From the IMG/VR virus record IMGVR_UViG_3300037307_000012, positions 1-24,724 of that record: a stretch of 24,724 nucleotides of DNA. The stretch is one strand, 5' to 3'. A model generated the notes under the pieces. The model did no database searches. It had not been told where the DNA came from and saw only the letters and a program-made list of their open reading frames with translations. A program made the position numbers and the translations under genes. The stretch comes from a virus (taxonomy: Duplodnaviria; Caudoviricetes). Positions 8,588 to 16,783 of this stretch are shown here, one piece after another. How positions within the stretch are numbered: position 1 is the first letter of the stretch; every line of letters begins with the position of its first letter.

Positions 8588-10083
8588 GGCGCGAAGTAGA
8601 AAAGGAACCCGAGGCAGAGATCAACCATCTCCGGGTCTTTGTTGAGCATGGCGGTCAGGTCGGAGCGGTGGTGCGGCGAGAGGACGCGCTCCATCGACAT
8701 CGTGATCATTTCGAGCGGCTTATCCTGCCAAAGCCCGGACCATGTGTACTCCTTGCCCATGTACGGGTGGATGTAGCCGTCCGGCCGGCACTTCTCGTCG
8801 GCGCGGTAGCCCTTGCCGAAGTTCTGGAGCTTTACGAGAGGCTCGCCGGCCGTCCTCCGCTTGTAGAGCGCCTCGAAGGCGTCATCCATCTCCGGGAGGA
8901 CGTTCTGGAGGCGGTGGAAATACTCGTGGATCATGGTCGAGACGCCGTCAGACTTGATGACGGACTCGCCCGGCGCGACGTAGTCGATGCGCCCGATCTT
9001 CCGGTAGTGGCCGGAGCCGGCCGGCTGGTAGTTCATATCGTGCCAGCCGCGCCCGCTCGTCCCGGAGACGTAGGTCCGGCCGCGCGCGTTCGACTTCTCG
9101 ATCCACGACGTCGGGATTGTCGACATCGCGCTCTCGACCATCGGCTTGGTCTTCGCCGAGAGTTTCGTCGTCGCCATCTTCCCGCCGAGCTTCCGGGTCG
9201 CCGCGAGCCGGTCGAGCATCCGGGTCCGGAACTCCTTCCCGAGGTCGGAGCCGATGACGTCCGCCCCATAGACGTCGTTCGGGTCGAGCGCGGCCATCGT
9301 GTCGCGGAGGATCTCCTCGCGCATCGTCCTGCCGGCCGCGATCCACTCGTCCAGGGTTTGCGGTTGCTTGGCGAGCGCCGGCGCCGGCTTGGCGAGCGCC
9401 TTCGCTGCGGCGGCAGCGGCGACCTTGGCCGCTGCCATGCTGGCCTTCCGCTCCTCCATGTTCTTGAGCGCCTGCTCCATCTGTTCGAGCGGGTGATAGC
9501 CCCAGCCCGGGTCCGGCTTCGCCTCGGCCGGGATGTCTTCGAGCGGGGTCGCCCCGCCCATCCCCGCGACCTCGTCGGCCGTCAGGGAGCGGAGCGAGCA
9601 TCGGCAGTTGTGGCCGAGCGGCGGCGAGTGGGTCGTCCAGAACGGGTCATCGACCGGGCGGACTACGCCGTTGAGCGCGCGGTGCGACGGCCGCGTCCGC
9701 GAGTCGTTGATGGCCGAGTAGCGGAGATAGGGTCTCTCCTTCTTGGCGAGGTCGAACGCCCGCCAGTGGCCCGCCTGATAGGCGTTCTGGAGGTGGTTGC
9801 GGAGGATAAGCTCGACCCGCCACCGGGGGAGCCCCCAGCCCTTCGCCATCGCCTGCCGCTTGAAGTCCTGAAACGTCCCGCCCTTGGAGAGGATCCGGTC
9901 GTTGAGGAAGTCGAGGACTGCCTGGATCTGGTCGATCTGCCCCATCCGGGCGACGGAGAACGTCCAGGCGCGCATCCGCGCCGACATCTGGGGCATGTAG
10001 TAGGTGTCGGGGAGGACGACGCCGCGCTCGGTCGCGGCCTTGATGGCGTCCTCGAACGGGAGCGGGAAACCGATTGAGAGCAT
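8584..10083 (-). CDS. MuF (Mu gpF-like) minor head protein with C-terminal HEXXH metallopeptidase-like extension
   Basis: MuF motifs NHLQNAYQAG, YLRYSAINDSRTRPSHRALNG, DDPFW..HSPPLGHNCRC, PDPGWGYHP; Ala-rich linker; HEYFH at 8914-8928, then YMGKEY...EMITMSMERVL. Confidence 0.9.
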   Translation of the reverse strand: MLSIGFPLPFEDAIKAATERGVVLPDTYYMPQMSARMRAWTFSVARMGQIDQIQAVLDFLNDRILSKGGTFQDFKRQAMAKGWGLPRWRVELILRNHLQNAYQAGHWRAFDLAKKERPYLRYSAINDSRTRPSHRALNGVVRPVDDPFWTTHSPPLGHNCRCSLRSLTADEVAGMGGATPLEDIPAEAKPDPGWGYHPLEQMEQALKNMEERKASMAAAKVAAAAAAKALAKPAPALAKQPQTLDEWIAAGRTMREEILRDTMAALDPNDVYGADVIGSDLGKEFRTRMLDRLAATRKLGGKMATTKLSAKTKPMVESAMSTIPTSWIEKSNARGRTYVSGTSGRGWHDMNYQPAGSGHYRKIGRIDYVAPGESVIKSDGVSTMIHEYFHRLQNVLPEMDDAFEALYKRRTAGEPLVKLQNFGKGYRADEKCRPDGYIHPYMGKEYTWSGLWQDKPLEMITMSMERVLSPHHRSDLTAMLNKDPEMVDLCLGFLFYFAP

Positions 10084-10268
10084 CAGCGCAGCAGGGCGAG
10101 CAGGATCGCCTCATCCTCCTCGACGTTCCGGCGGCGCCGCTTCCCGCGTACCCCGGGAGCGAGGCCCGGCTGCGACGGGGGAGGCGGCTGGGAGCCGGAC
10201 TCCTTCCACGCGCCGGCCTTCCACGCCGACTCCTTCCAGGCTCCGCCCATCCACGCGAGGAGCGCCAT
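10083..10268 (-). CDS. 61-aa protein with Ala-Trp pentapeptide repeats and RRRR-x-EEDEAILLALL tail
   Basis: TGATG overlaps at both ends; LAWMG-GAWKE-SAWKA-GAWKE. Confidence 0.7.
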   Translation of the reverse strand: MALLAWMGGAWKESAWKAGAWKESGSQPPPPSQPGLAPGVRGKRRRRNVEEDEAILLALLR

Positions 10269-10579
10269 CAGTACGGCTCCGCGTAGCCGTTGAGCAGGAG
10301 CCAGTCGGACAGGTTCGGGCCGCCGACGATCTGAACCTCGGCGATCCAGCGCCCGTACTTGTCGCCCTTGCTCGTGCTGATCGTCACGTCCGGCGAGCCA
10401 GCGAACTCCTCGGCCATCCGTCTCTTTAGTTCCTTGCCGAGATCGGTCGACATCTCCGGCGCATCGACGCGCGCGAGCCGAACGCGGACGCGGTGCGTGA
10501 TGCGGAACCCGAGGTCAACGTCGAGGTCGAGCGTGTCGCCGTTAACTACCTTCGCCACCTTCGCGTGATACGTCCACAT
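10268..10579 (-). CDS. Thermonuclease (SNase-like) family protein
   Basis: ATG 10579 (TAATG overlap); VVNGDTLDLDVDLGF, RVRLARVDAPE, DKYGRWIAEV, LLLNGYA. First Asp of DGDT is Asn. Confidence 0.88.
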   Translation of the reverse strand: MWTYHAKVAKVVNGDTLDLDVDLGFRITHRVRVRLARVDAPEMSTDLGKELKRRMAEEFAGSPDVTISTSKGDKYGRWIAEVQIVGGPNLSDWLLLNGYAEPY

Positions 10580-11085
10580 TACGCCGGACCCCACTCGTTG
10601 CCGGTCACGCCGGCTCCGCCGACGGTCACGGAGTTGATCTTGCGGAGATCGACGGGAATGGTCGTGGCGGCGAGCCGCGCCATGATCTCGTCAGCGATCT
10701 GGCCGACGCTCGGGCCGGACGAGCCGGAGGTCGCGATGGCCTGCGCCTGGACCGGGACGGTGTACTGGACGGCGACGTTGAAGTTGCCGAGCGTCTGAAC
10801 GACGGGCACGCCGCCGCCCTCCACGAACAGGTTGCCCGTGATGATGAGCGTGTGGTTGCTCTCCATCGGGCGCACGCGCCAGCCGTTGAGCAAGAACAGG
10901 TAGGGCGGAATTGACAGCCCGCCGCCGAGGTCGTCCCCGCCCACCTGACGGAACGCCGGCAGCCACCGACCGTTGTTGGTGTCCGCGTCCAGCCAGTCGC
11001 ACCATCTCGACCACAGCTCCGCCGCTGAGACGGAACTGGAGTCGAGGACGATGCGCTTGGTCGGCCCGTCGAAGGTGATGGGCAC
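10579..11085 (-). CDS. Hypothetical 168-aa putative virion protein
   Basis: AAGGAGG RBS, GTG start; ITFDGPTKRIVL..ELWSRWCDW..FLLNGWRVRP..ITGNLFVEGG. Confidence 0.8.
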   Translation of the reverse strand: MPITFDGPTKRIVLDSSSVSAAELWSRWCDWLDADTNNGRWLPAFRQVGGDDLGGGLSIPPYLFLLNGWRVRPMESNHTLIITGNLFVEGGGVPVVQTLGNFNVAVQYTVPVQAQAIATSGSSGPSVGQIADEIMARLAATTIPVDLRKINSVTVGGAGVTGNEWGPA

Positions 11086-11094
11086 GTCGCCTCC

Positions 11095-12489
11095 TTACGC
11101 GGTGTAGGCGCGGTCCTGCTCGGCCACCAGCGAGATCGTGATGCCCTTGGCACGGGTGATTGTTCCCGTCGCGACCACCGGCTTCGCCACGCCCTTGTTG
11201 CCGGCCACGACCACGATGGGCGCGTCCTCCGCGTCGGAGCCGGCCCCGCGCTGCACGTTGCCGTCGTAGTCGTAGGTGAAACTGATCTGCCCGGACGTGA
11301 TGGCCCCGGCAATCGGGCTGCCGTCCTTGTCATTGACGGTAATCGCCGTCGCAGTGCCGTAGTCGTCGCCAGAGTTGTCGCCAGCATCGTCGTTGGCAAA
11401 GTACATGCGGTAGTAGCCCGTCGAGCCACTGGACAGGAACGAGTTAAACACCAGCGAGCCGGCCGCCGAGTAGGGGTAGGTGCGCTGAACACTGTTTTGG
11501 TCCAGGAACACGACCCGGTTGAGGTCGTTGGCTTGGATGTTCTCGATAAACACGCCCTGCGTGGTGTACAGCGTGTCACCGACGAAGTAGCAGAGCTGGC
11601 TCTCGGTCTTGCCGTTGACCGTGCCGCCGCCCTCGTCGATGTCCGCGTCCTGCCGCAGGAGGTACTGGATCTTGGTGTAGATCTGCTCCAGCGTCGCGTT
11701 GTTGCCGTCGATGATCTTGCGGAATGGGTAGCTGCCCGCGCCGATGGTCTTGTTCTGGTCAGTGCCGTAGTAGGTCACGTCGATCCCCGAGTACGGCGCA
11801 CCAGCCATTGAACCGTCAGCGGCTTGGATCTTCAGATCACTGCCGACTGCCACAGGCAGCGACACCTTGAACGCGCCCGTGCCAGTGGCACCAACGTCCG
11901 TCAGGTTAGCATCGTCGTAGGTGTAGTTATACTCACGGCAGAAGATCTTGAAGTAGGTCCGGTTGTCGAAGTCGCCGTTTGCGGCGTCACCGTAGACCTG
12001 AATGCCTTGGTTCGGGCTGTCGGTGAACGTGAAGTTGGCCGCCGCCCCGCCGCTCGCCTTCTGGTAGTAGAACTGCGCGCCAGCCGGGAACCCAGACGCA
12101 AGAGCGACGATGCCGACGTACTGGCGGTTGAGCGCGCCTGCCGCGCTGTACTCAGACCAGCCGCCGTCGCGGAGCATCTGTCGCGTGGTGTCGTTAGCCG
12201 GTTTCCAGCCGTTGTAACTACCGCCATCCGTGCCAAATTGAAACTGGCCCGAAAGTGCGTCGATAGCGTACATCCCAAACGGGTATTTGTTGTATGACGC
12301 CAACTCCCATAGCTTAATCAGCTTTGAGTACAGCGCTTGCAGGGTGACGCCGTCTTTGGCAACCAGGTCGCCATAGGCCGCCAGGGAAATCGTTTTTGCC
12401 GACGTATCGATCCACAGATTGCCGTCAACACCGAGATTGCCGGACGTTGTAGAAACAACCAACTGATCGGGGTCTGTGCACTTAGCCAT
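11095..12489 (-). CDS. Hypothetical 464-aa putative virion structural protein
   Basis: AAAGGA RBS; Gly/Thr/Asp/Tyr-rich beta-type composition; MAKCTDPD start, EQDRAYTA end. Confidence 0.85.
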   Translation of the reverse strand: MAKCTDPDQLVVSTTSGNLGVDGNLWIDTSAKTISLAAYGDLVAKDGVTLQALYSKLIKLWELASYNKYPFGMYAIDALSGQFQFGTDGGSYNGWKPANDTTRQMLRDGGWSEYSAAGALNRQYVGIVALASGFPAGAQFYYQKASGGAAANFTFTDSPNQGIQVYGDAANGDFDNRTYFKIFCREYNYTYDDANLTDVGATGTGAFKVSLPVAVGSDLKIQAADGSMAGAPYSGIDVTYYGTDQNKTIGAGSYPFRKIIDGNNATLEQIYTKIQYLLRQDADIDEGGGTVNGKTESQLCYFVGDTLYTTQGVFIENIQANDLNRVVFLDQNSVQRTYPYSAAGSLVFNSFLSSGSTGYYRMYFANDDAGDNSGDDYGTATAITVNDKDGSPIAGAITSGQISFTYDYDGNVQRGAGSDAEDAPIVVVAGNKGVAKPVVATGTITRAKGITISLVAEQDRAYTA

Positions 12490-13063
12490 TGTGATGTCCT
12501 TTTACAGAATTAGATTTGGTTCTGTTTTCATGCTGCGTGACGATGCGCAAATTCCATGGGACGTGTAGCCCGCTTACCGTCTTTCCTCGTAGCGGGACAA
12601 TGTGGTCAACCTCATGCGGAATGCCCGTTTCCTTGGTTGCGCTTGCGGCCCGTGCGTAAATTTCGAGAATCTGCTTATTGAACGCTTTACCAAGCGCCCT
12701 GCTCGGAAGCAGCATTTCTCGTTCCCGCGCTCTTCGCTTGTAAGCATCGGGGTTTGCCCTATACCGGCGTCTATCGGCCTCTCTGATTTCGCCCCGCCGT
12801 TCCTCAAGCGCAGCTTTTACCCTCTCAGGATTTTGTTGCTTCCATGCCGTCGCACGCTCAACAGCCTTGCGTTTCCGCTCATCGCGCTTTTCTGCGTATG
12901 TAGGGTCAGCATCAAGTCGCTTAAGGTACGCCCTGCTTGCAGCGTTACGACGTGCAGTTACGGCAGGATCGTTTTTCGCCAGGTAACGGCGATTGCGTTC
13001 ACGACTCATAGCCTTCTGGCGCTCCCATTCTTCTGGCGTGCAATCTACCTTGCGTTTGCCCAT
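12482..13063 (-). CDS. Free-standing HNH endonuclease (probable homing endonuclease)
   Basis: [36 protein letters not shown]; basic helical N-terminus; visibly more AT-rich than its flanks. Confidence 0.9.
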   Translation of the reverse strand: MGKRKVDCTPEEWERQKAMSRERNRRYLAKNDPAVTARRNAASRAYLKRLDADPTYAEKRDERKRKAVERATAWKQQNPERVKAALEERRGEIREADRRRYRANPDAYKRRAREREMLLPSRALGKAFNKQILEIYARAASATKETGIPHEVDHIVPLRGKTVSGLHVPWNLRIVTQHENRTKSNSVKGHHNG

Positions 13064-13065
13064 GG

Positions 13066-15348
13066 TTAGCTCACAAAGTTTCGGTCAGCGACCTGCGCGA
13101 TAGGCAGAGACGCATTGGTTGAGCCGAGCAGATAACCTCTTACGGTGTACGGGACGTAGCCCTGCTTGTAGACGCAGACATCAACGTAGTCGCTGGCCGC
13201 GTAGCTGTAGCTGTACCCGTAGGACGTGCTGCCGTGCGCGTCCACGTTGACCCGTTCGGTCGTCGTGCCGGCGGTCAGAATCACGATGTCCGATCCAGAC
13301 ACCAGCCCAGTGAGGGTCAGCGTCACGCTGTTGTTGACGACCACCGTCGCGCCCGCCGTGCGGATGCTCGGGGTCGAGCCGCCGCCTGAGATGTTGATCG
13401 TCACCGACCCGCTGGCGATGTTGACGTAGATCGCCTCGTTACCGGTGCTGCCGTTGCTGCTGGCGTAGCTGGTGAACGTGTTACCCGTAAAAGTGATCGT
13501 GCTCGCGCTGCCGGACACCTCGATGGCGTGGCCGGTGCCGCCACTGGTGAAGGCGCAATTCGAGATATTGTCCATGTCCGCTAGCGTGGCCGACGTGATC
13601 TTGCAGTTCTTGAACTTGCTGCCGGTGATCGTCGCGCTGTTCTGCGTAATGGTCAGACAGTCCGTGAACGCCATCTGGTCGTAAGTGATGGCCCGAAGGT
13701 TGAGCTGGCCCGCGTTGATGACCTGCGCGCCTGCTGTGTAGACCGTGGCGCTGGTGCTCATGCTGGCGTGCCAGTCCCATTTGAACTTGCTCTTGGACGA
13801 GAACACCGCATTGCGAACGTCGATGGTGTCCGACGCGCCGGGATAGAAGGTCAGCCCGCACACGTTGTCCACAGAGTTGTAGAACACTTGCTTGTCGGTA
13901 ACGCTGCGTTGCTGCGGGAACTCGATCGCCGCATTGGACAGATCGAGGTAGACCGCGTTGGTGCCGCCATCCCCAAGCTGGATCGGCTGGAGCACAAGCA
14001 TCTGCGTCGCGCCTTGCTGCAAGACGCTCATCCGCTCCTTACCCTGCGCAGTGACCTTCACAATGTCAGGCACCTTCACCGGATAGCTAGCATTGCCGCC
14101 TGCGACTGTCGTCGTGTCTAACGCCCACAACGAACCAAACTGCATGACCGGCGCGGCGAAGGTGCCAGAGACAGCAAGGCCAAAGGCAGAGACCGACGCC
14201 GCATTGAACGTGCCTGTCGTGTCAATGGCCGTTGCGCCGTCGTTGATGATAAGCGGCAAGTGCTGCGCTGTGTCCCATTTTGTGCCTGAGCCATGCACCG
14301 CCCAGAATTTGAAATTGCCTGCCGACGACGCCATGCCGAATGCGACGCCTTTGCTCGTCGCTTTGCCGATGTTGTCGAGGTTCTGGTAGACCTTCGGCGT
14401 TGACGGCTTGGTGTGGATCAGGACGTTCTTGCCAGTGACATTAGGCTTGTTGCCGGACGACAGCACGGTACATGCACCAGCGTAGGTGCCGTCTGTCGTC
14501 ACCCCGGTAAGCTGCCCCATCGAGTGATAACTGTTTAGGCCAACGTCTGCCGCCGCGGCTGTCGTGCCGTTGCTAAGGGTGCGGCTGTTCAGCGTCGTGC
14601 CGAAGTTGGTGGTCACGGTAGCAGCCCACGCAGTATTACCGTTGTAGGCGGTCGTGCCGTGTACCGGATCGATGTAGAGCGAGGCATCCGCCACGCAGTA
14701 CGCCGGGATCACCGACGCACCGCCTGACGGGGGAGAAATGCCGACAGTAGCGATGACGCCAGCCGCCGTGCCGGATTTGTTGCCGTACACGTCAGAGCCG
14801 ACTGCGCCAGCGGTGCGCTTGAAGCCCCATGACCAACCGTGCGAATGCGCGGACCCGTCCATCGCATCCTCCCAGGTACACGGCCCTTCGAGGACGCCTG
14901 GGACGACTGCACCAGACTCGGAGTTGATGAAGATAACGAGGCTGTTGTTAACCGTCGTGGTCAGCACAGGCATCGCGACACGCGCCGCACTGTTGCTTGC
15001 TGTTCGGTAGCCCGTGCCTGCGCCGCCAGTGCCGTTGAACGGCGTTGAAGTGTTCACGTCGCCAATGGCGATCAGGTGGGCGTTGGCCGTCTCCGCAATC
15101 GTGTAGGTGAACGTCGGGTCACTCTCACTCGCCCCGGCGATCTTGTACAAGACGCCGACGTTGCAAGTGTTCGACACTGAGAAGAGCTGTGTCCAGCCGC
15201 TCGATGACCACGCCTGTGTGGTGCCCGTGTCTGTCGTACAGATCGCCAGCAGCAAATCGTTCTGCTGGTACTGCGGCAGCTTGCACGAGATCGTTGTGGC
15301 CGTCGTCGTGCTGTGCAGGTTGAACTGCCAGTCGCGAATGAACGGCAT
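13066..15348 (-). CDS. 760-aa putative fibre/spike-like protein with beta-helix-like segment
   Basis: Thr/Gly/Ser/Ala-rich; N-terminal [21 protein letters not shown] domain; repeats FTDC/FKNC/ISNCAF/FTGNTF; C-terminal [13 protein letters not shown]...YKQGY...QVADRNF. ATG 15348 has GAGG and a TGATG overlap. Confidence 0.82.
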   Translation of the reverse strand: MPFIRDWQFNLHSTTTATTISCKLPQYQQNDLLLAICTTDTGTTQAWSSSGWTQLFSVSNTCNVGVLYKIAGASESDPTFTYTIAETANAHLIAIGDVNTSTPFNGTGGAGTGYRTASNSAARVAMPVLTTTVNNSLVIFINSESGAVVPGVLEGPCTWEDAMDGSAHSHGWSWGFKRTAGAVGSDVYGNKSGTAAGVIATVGISPPSGGASVIPAYCVADASLYIDPVHGTTAYNGNTAWAATVTTNFGTTLNSRTLSNGTTAAAADVGLNSYHSMGQLTGVTTDGTYAGACTVLSSGNKPNVTGKNVLIHTKPSTPKVYQNLDNIGKATSKGVAFGMASSAGNFKFWAVHGSGTKWDTAQHLPLIINDGATAIDTTGTFNAASVSAFGLAVSGTFAAPVMQFGSLWALDTTTVAGGNASYPVKVPDIVKVTAQGKERMSVLQQGATQMLVLQPIQLGDGGTNAVYLDLSNAAIEFPQQRSVTDKQVFYNSVDNVCGLTFYPGASDTIDVRNAVFSSKSKFKWDWHASMSTSATVYTAGAQVINAGQLNLRAITYDQMAFTDCLTITQNSATITGSKFKNCKITSATLADMDNISNCAFTSGGTGHAIEVSGSASTITFTGNTFTSYASSNGSTGNEAIYVNIASGSVTINISGGGSTPSIRTAGATVVVNNSVTLTLTGLVSGSDIVILTAGTTTERVNVDAHGSTSYGYSYSYAASDYVDVCVYKQGYVPYTVRGYLLGSTNASLPIAQVADRNFVS

Positions 15349-15446
15349 CAGCACATCCTCACGATGACAGCATCAGGCCACCAAGGAACAGGTGGCAGCG
15401 GGGGCGGGGGTAGCACCCACAGATACGCAAGCATGACGGCAGTCAC
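15348..15446 (-). CDS. Possible 32-aa hydrophobic Pro-rich peptide
   Basis: GTG start overlapping the upstream TGA, GGAGGAAAGG upstream; MTAVMLAYLWVLPPPPLPPVPWWPDAVIVRMC. Confidence 0.4.
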   Translation of the reverse strand: MTAVMLAYLWVLPPPPLPPVPWWPDAVIVRMC

Positions 15447-15601
15447 TGTTGCCTTTCCTCCTCCAAGAGCGACCGATTGAACAGGAACCAGAGCGCCATG
15501 ATCTGCGCCCGGTCGTCGGTGTCGGTCAACGGACTCTGCGCGACAGCGTGCGTGAGGCGCATCAGCAGCGCCCGCAGGAATTCCAGTTGCTCCTCTGTCA
15601 C
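15443..15601 (-). CDS. Hypothetical 52-aa protein
   Basis: GTGA overlap, GGAG upstream; MTEEQLEFLRALLMRL... Confidence 0.55.
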   Translation of the reverse strand: MTEEQLEFLRALLMRLTHAVAQSPLTDTDDRAQIMALWFLFNRSLLEEERQQ

Positions 15602-15816
15602 GGCAGCGACTCCAGCTCGCATTCGATCTCGTTCCACAAGGCGTGCGGCATCTGGATTTCGTTGTAGAGCGCGGCACGGAAGTTCACGCGGCACTGCCGC
15701 ACCTCGGACAGTAGAAGGCGCAGCCGTTTGATCGTTTGCGCTTGCCGCACCAACGCCTGCCCCTTCGTCTCCTCAAAGACGCGCTCGATGGGGTCGTCCA
15801 TCGGCCCGAGCGTCAC
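15598..15816 (-). CDS. Hypothetical ~70-aa protein
   Basis: GTGA overlap at 15816 (or ATG 15801); MDDPIERVFEETKGQAL...WNEIECELESLP. Confidence 0.55.
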   Translation of the reverse strand: MTLGPMDDPIERVFEETKGQALVRQAQTIKRLRLLLSEVRQCRVNFRAALYNEIQMPHALWNEIECELESLP

Positions 15817-16073
15817 AGCGCCGCCTCGAACGAGCGGCCGACGAGCTTGCCGTTCACCCACCAACGCATCCACCTCACGCCGAGTGGTTCCAGCTTCTCG
15901 CGCAGCAGATCGCAGATGTGGTCGTTCATCTCGATGCGGGTGCACGGGGTAATGAAGGCGGTCTCCTCTGAGTCGATGTCCGCCCTGATCTCGCCACGGT
16001 AGGTCCGCCAACCCAACTCCCCGGACTCGTCCGGGTCGTGGAGGGCGAAGATGAGGGCTTGTGGCTCAAGCAC
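15813..16073 (-). CDS. Hypothetical 86-aa protein
   Basis: GTG 16073 after GAGGTGG; MLEPQALIFALHDPDESGELGWRTYRG... Confidence 0.55.
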   Translation of the reverse strand: MLEPQALIFALHDPDESGELGWRTYRGEIRADIDSEETAFITPCTRIEMNDHICDLLREKLEPLGVRWMRWWVNGKLVGRSFEAAL

Positions 16074-16081
16074 CCCCCACC

Positions 16082-16783
16082 TCAGTGAATGGAAGTGGAC
16101 GAGGCGGATGGCGGCGGCTCCTTTACGGCGGGGCACTCGTCGCCGAGCGCCTCGCGCATCTTCTCGTCCATACACGCCCTGCGGACGGCGGCGGCCGGGC
16201 GCCCCATCGAGGTCAGCAACTTCACCGCCTTGATCGTCTGGCAGTGGTCGTCTACGAGGGTGAACCCGAGCATGGCGCCGAGCCCGGACAGGCCGAGCCC
16301 GCCGGACACCGAGCCGAGGCAGACGTCGTCGCCGCCGGTCGCGAGGCCGGGCGCGTAGACGTCGGGTACGACGTCGCCGAGGTCAGCGGCACGGGGCGCC
16401 GCGATGTTCACGCTCGTCGTCTGGTTGCCGTTGATGGCGTGGGCCGTCGCCTGCCCACCCGTGGCGGTAGCGTTCCCTCCAGTCGCCGACGATGCCGACC
16501 GAGAACGGGACGTCGAAAGAGACTTGGCCGATGAGGTCGCTGCCGCGCTCGACCTCGCTGACGGGGAAGACGTCAGCGTGTTCGTCACGCTCACGCCGCC
16601 TGACCCACCATTGCCGGAACCGCTTGAGCATGTTGACCCCTGACACGTTTCGACCTTCTCGCCATCCACGAACGTCGTCCCGGCTTGCGCCGCAACGACC
16701 GCGAACATCAGCACCCAGAATACGACGAGCGCCCAGAAGACGGCGCGGGACCAACGGATGGGCTCCGGGATGTGCCGCCTCAA
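16082..16783 (-). CDS. Exported protein with signal peptide, Ser/Gly/Ala linker and Cys-containing C-terminal domain
   Basis: TTG start overlapping the portal stop; basic N-terminus, hydrophobic core, AQA|G site; DDVCLGSVSGG...DDHCQTIKAVKLLTSMG..AAVRRACMD. Confidence 0.75.
   Translation of the reverse strand: MRRHIPEPIRWSRAVFWALVVFWVLMFAVVAAQAGTTFVDGEKVETCQGSTCSSGSGNGGSGGVSVTNTLTSSPSARSSAAATSSAKSLSTSRSRSASSATGGNATATGGQATAHAINGNQTTSVNIAAPRAADLGDVVPDVYAPGLATGGDDVCLGSVSGGLGLSGLGAMLGFTLVDDHCQTIKAVKLLTSMGRPAAAVRRACMDEKMREALGDECPAVKEPPPSASSTSIH

Noticed and set aside
12482-13063. Group I intron around the HNH gene
   Set aside because: No flanking non-coding sequence for a ribozyme core; both neighbours have their own start and stop.
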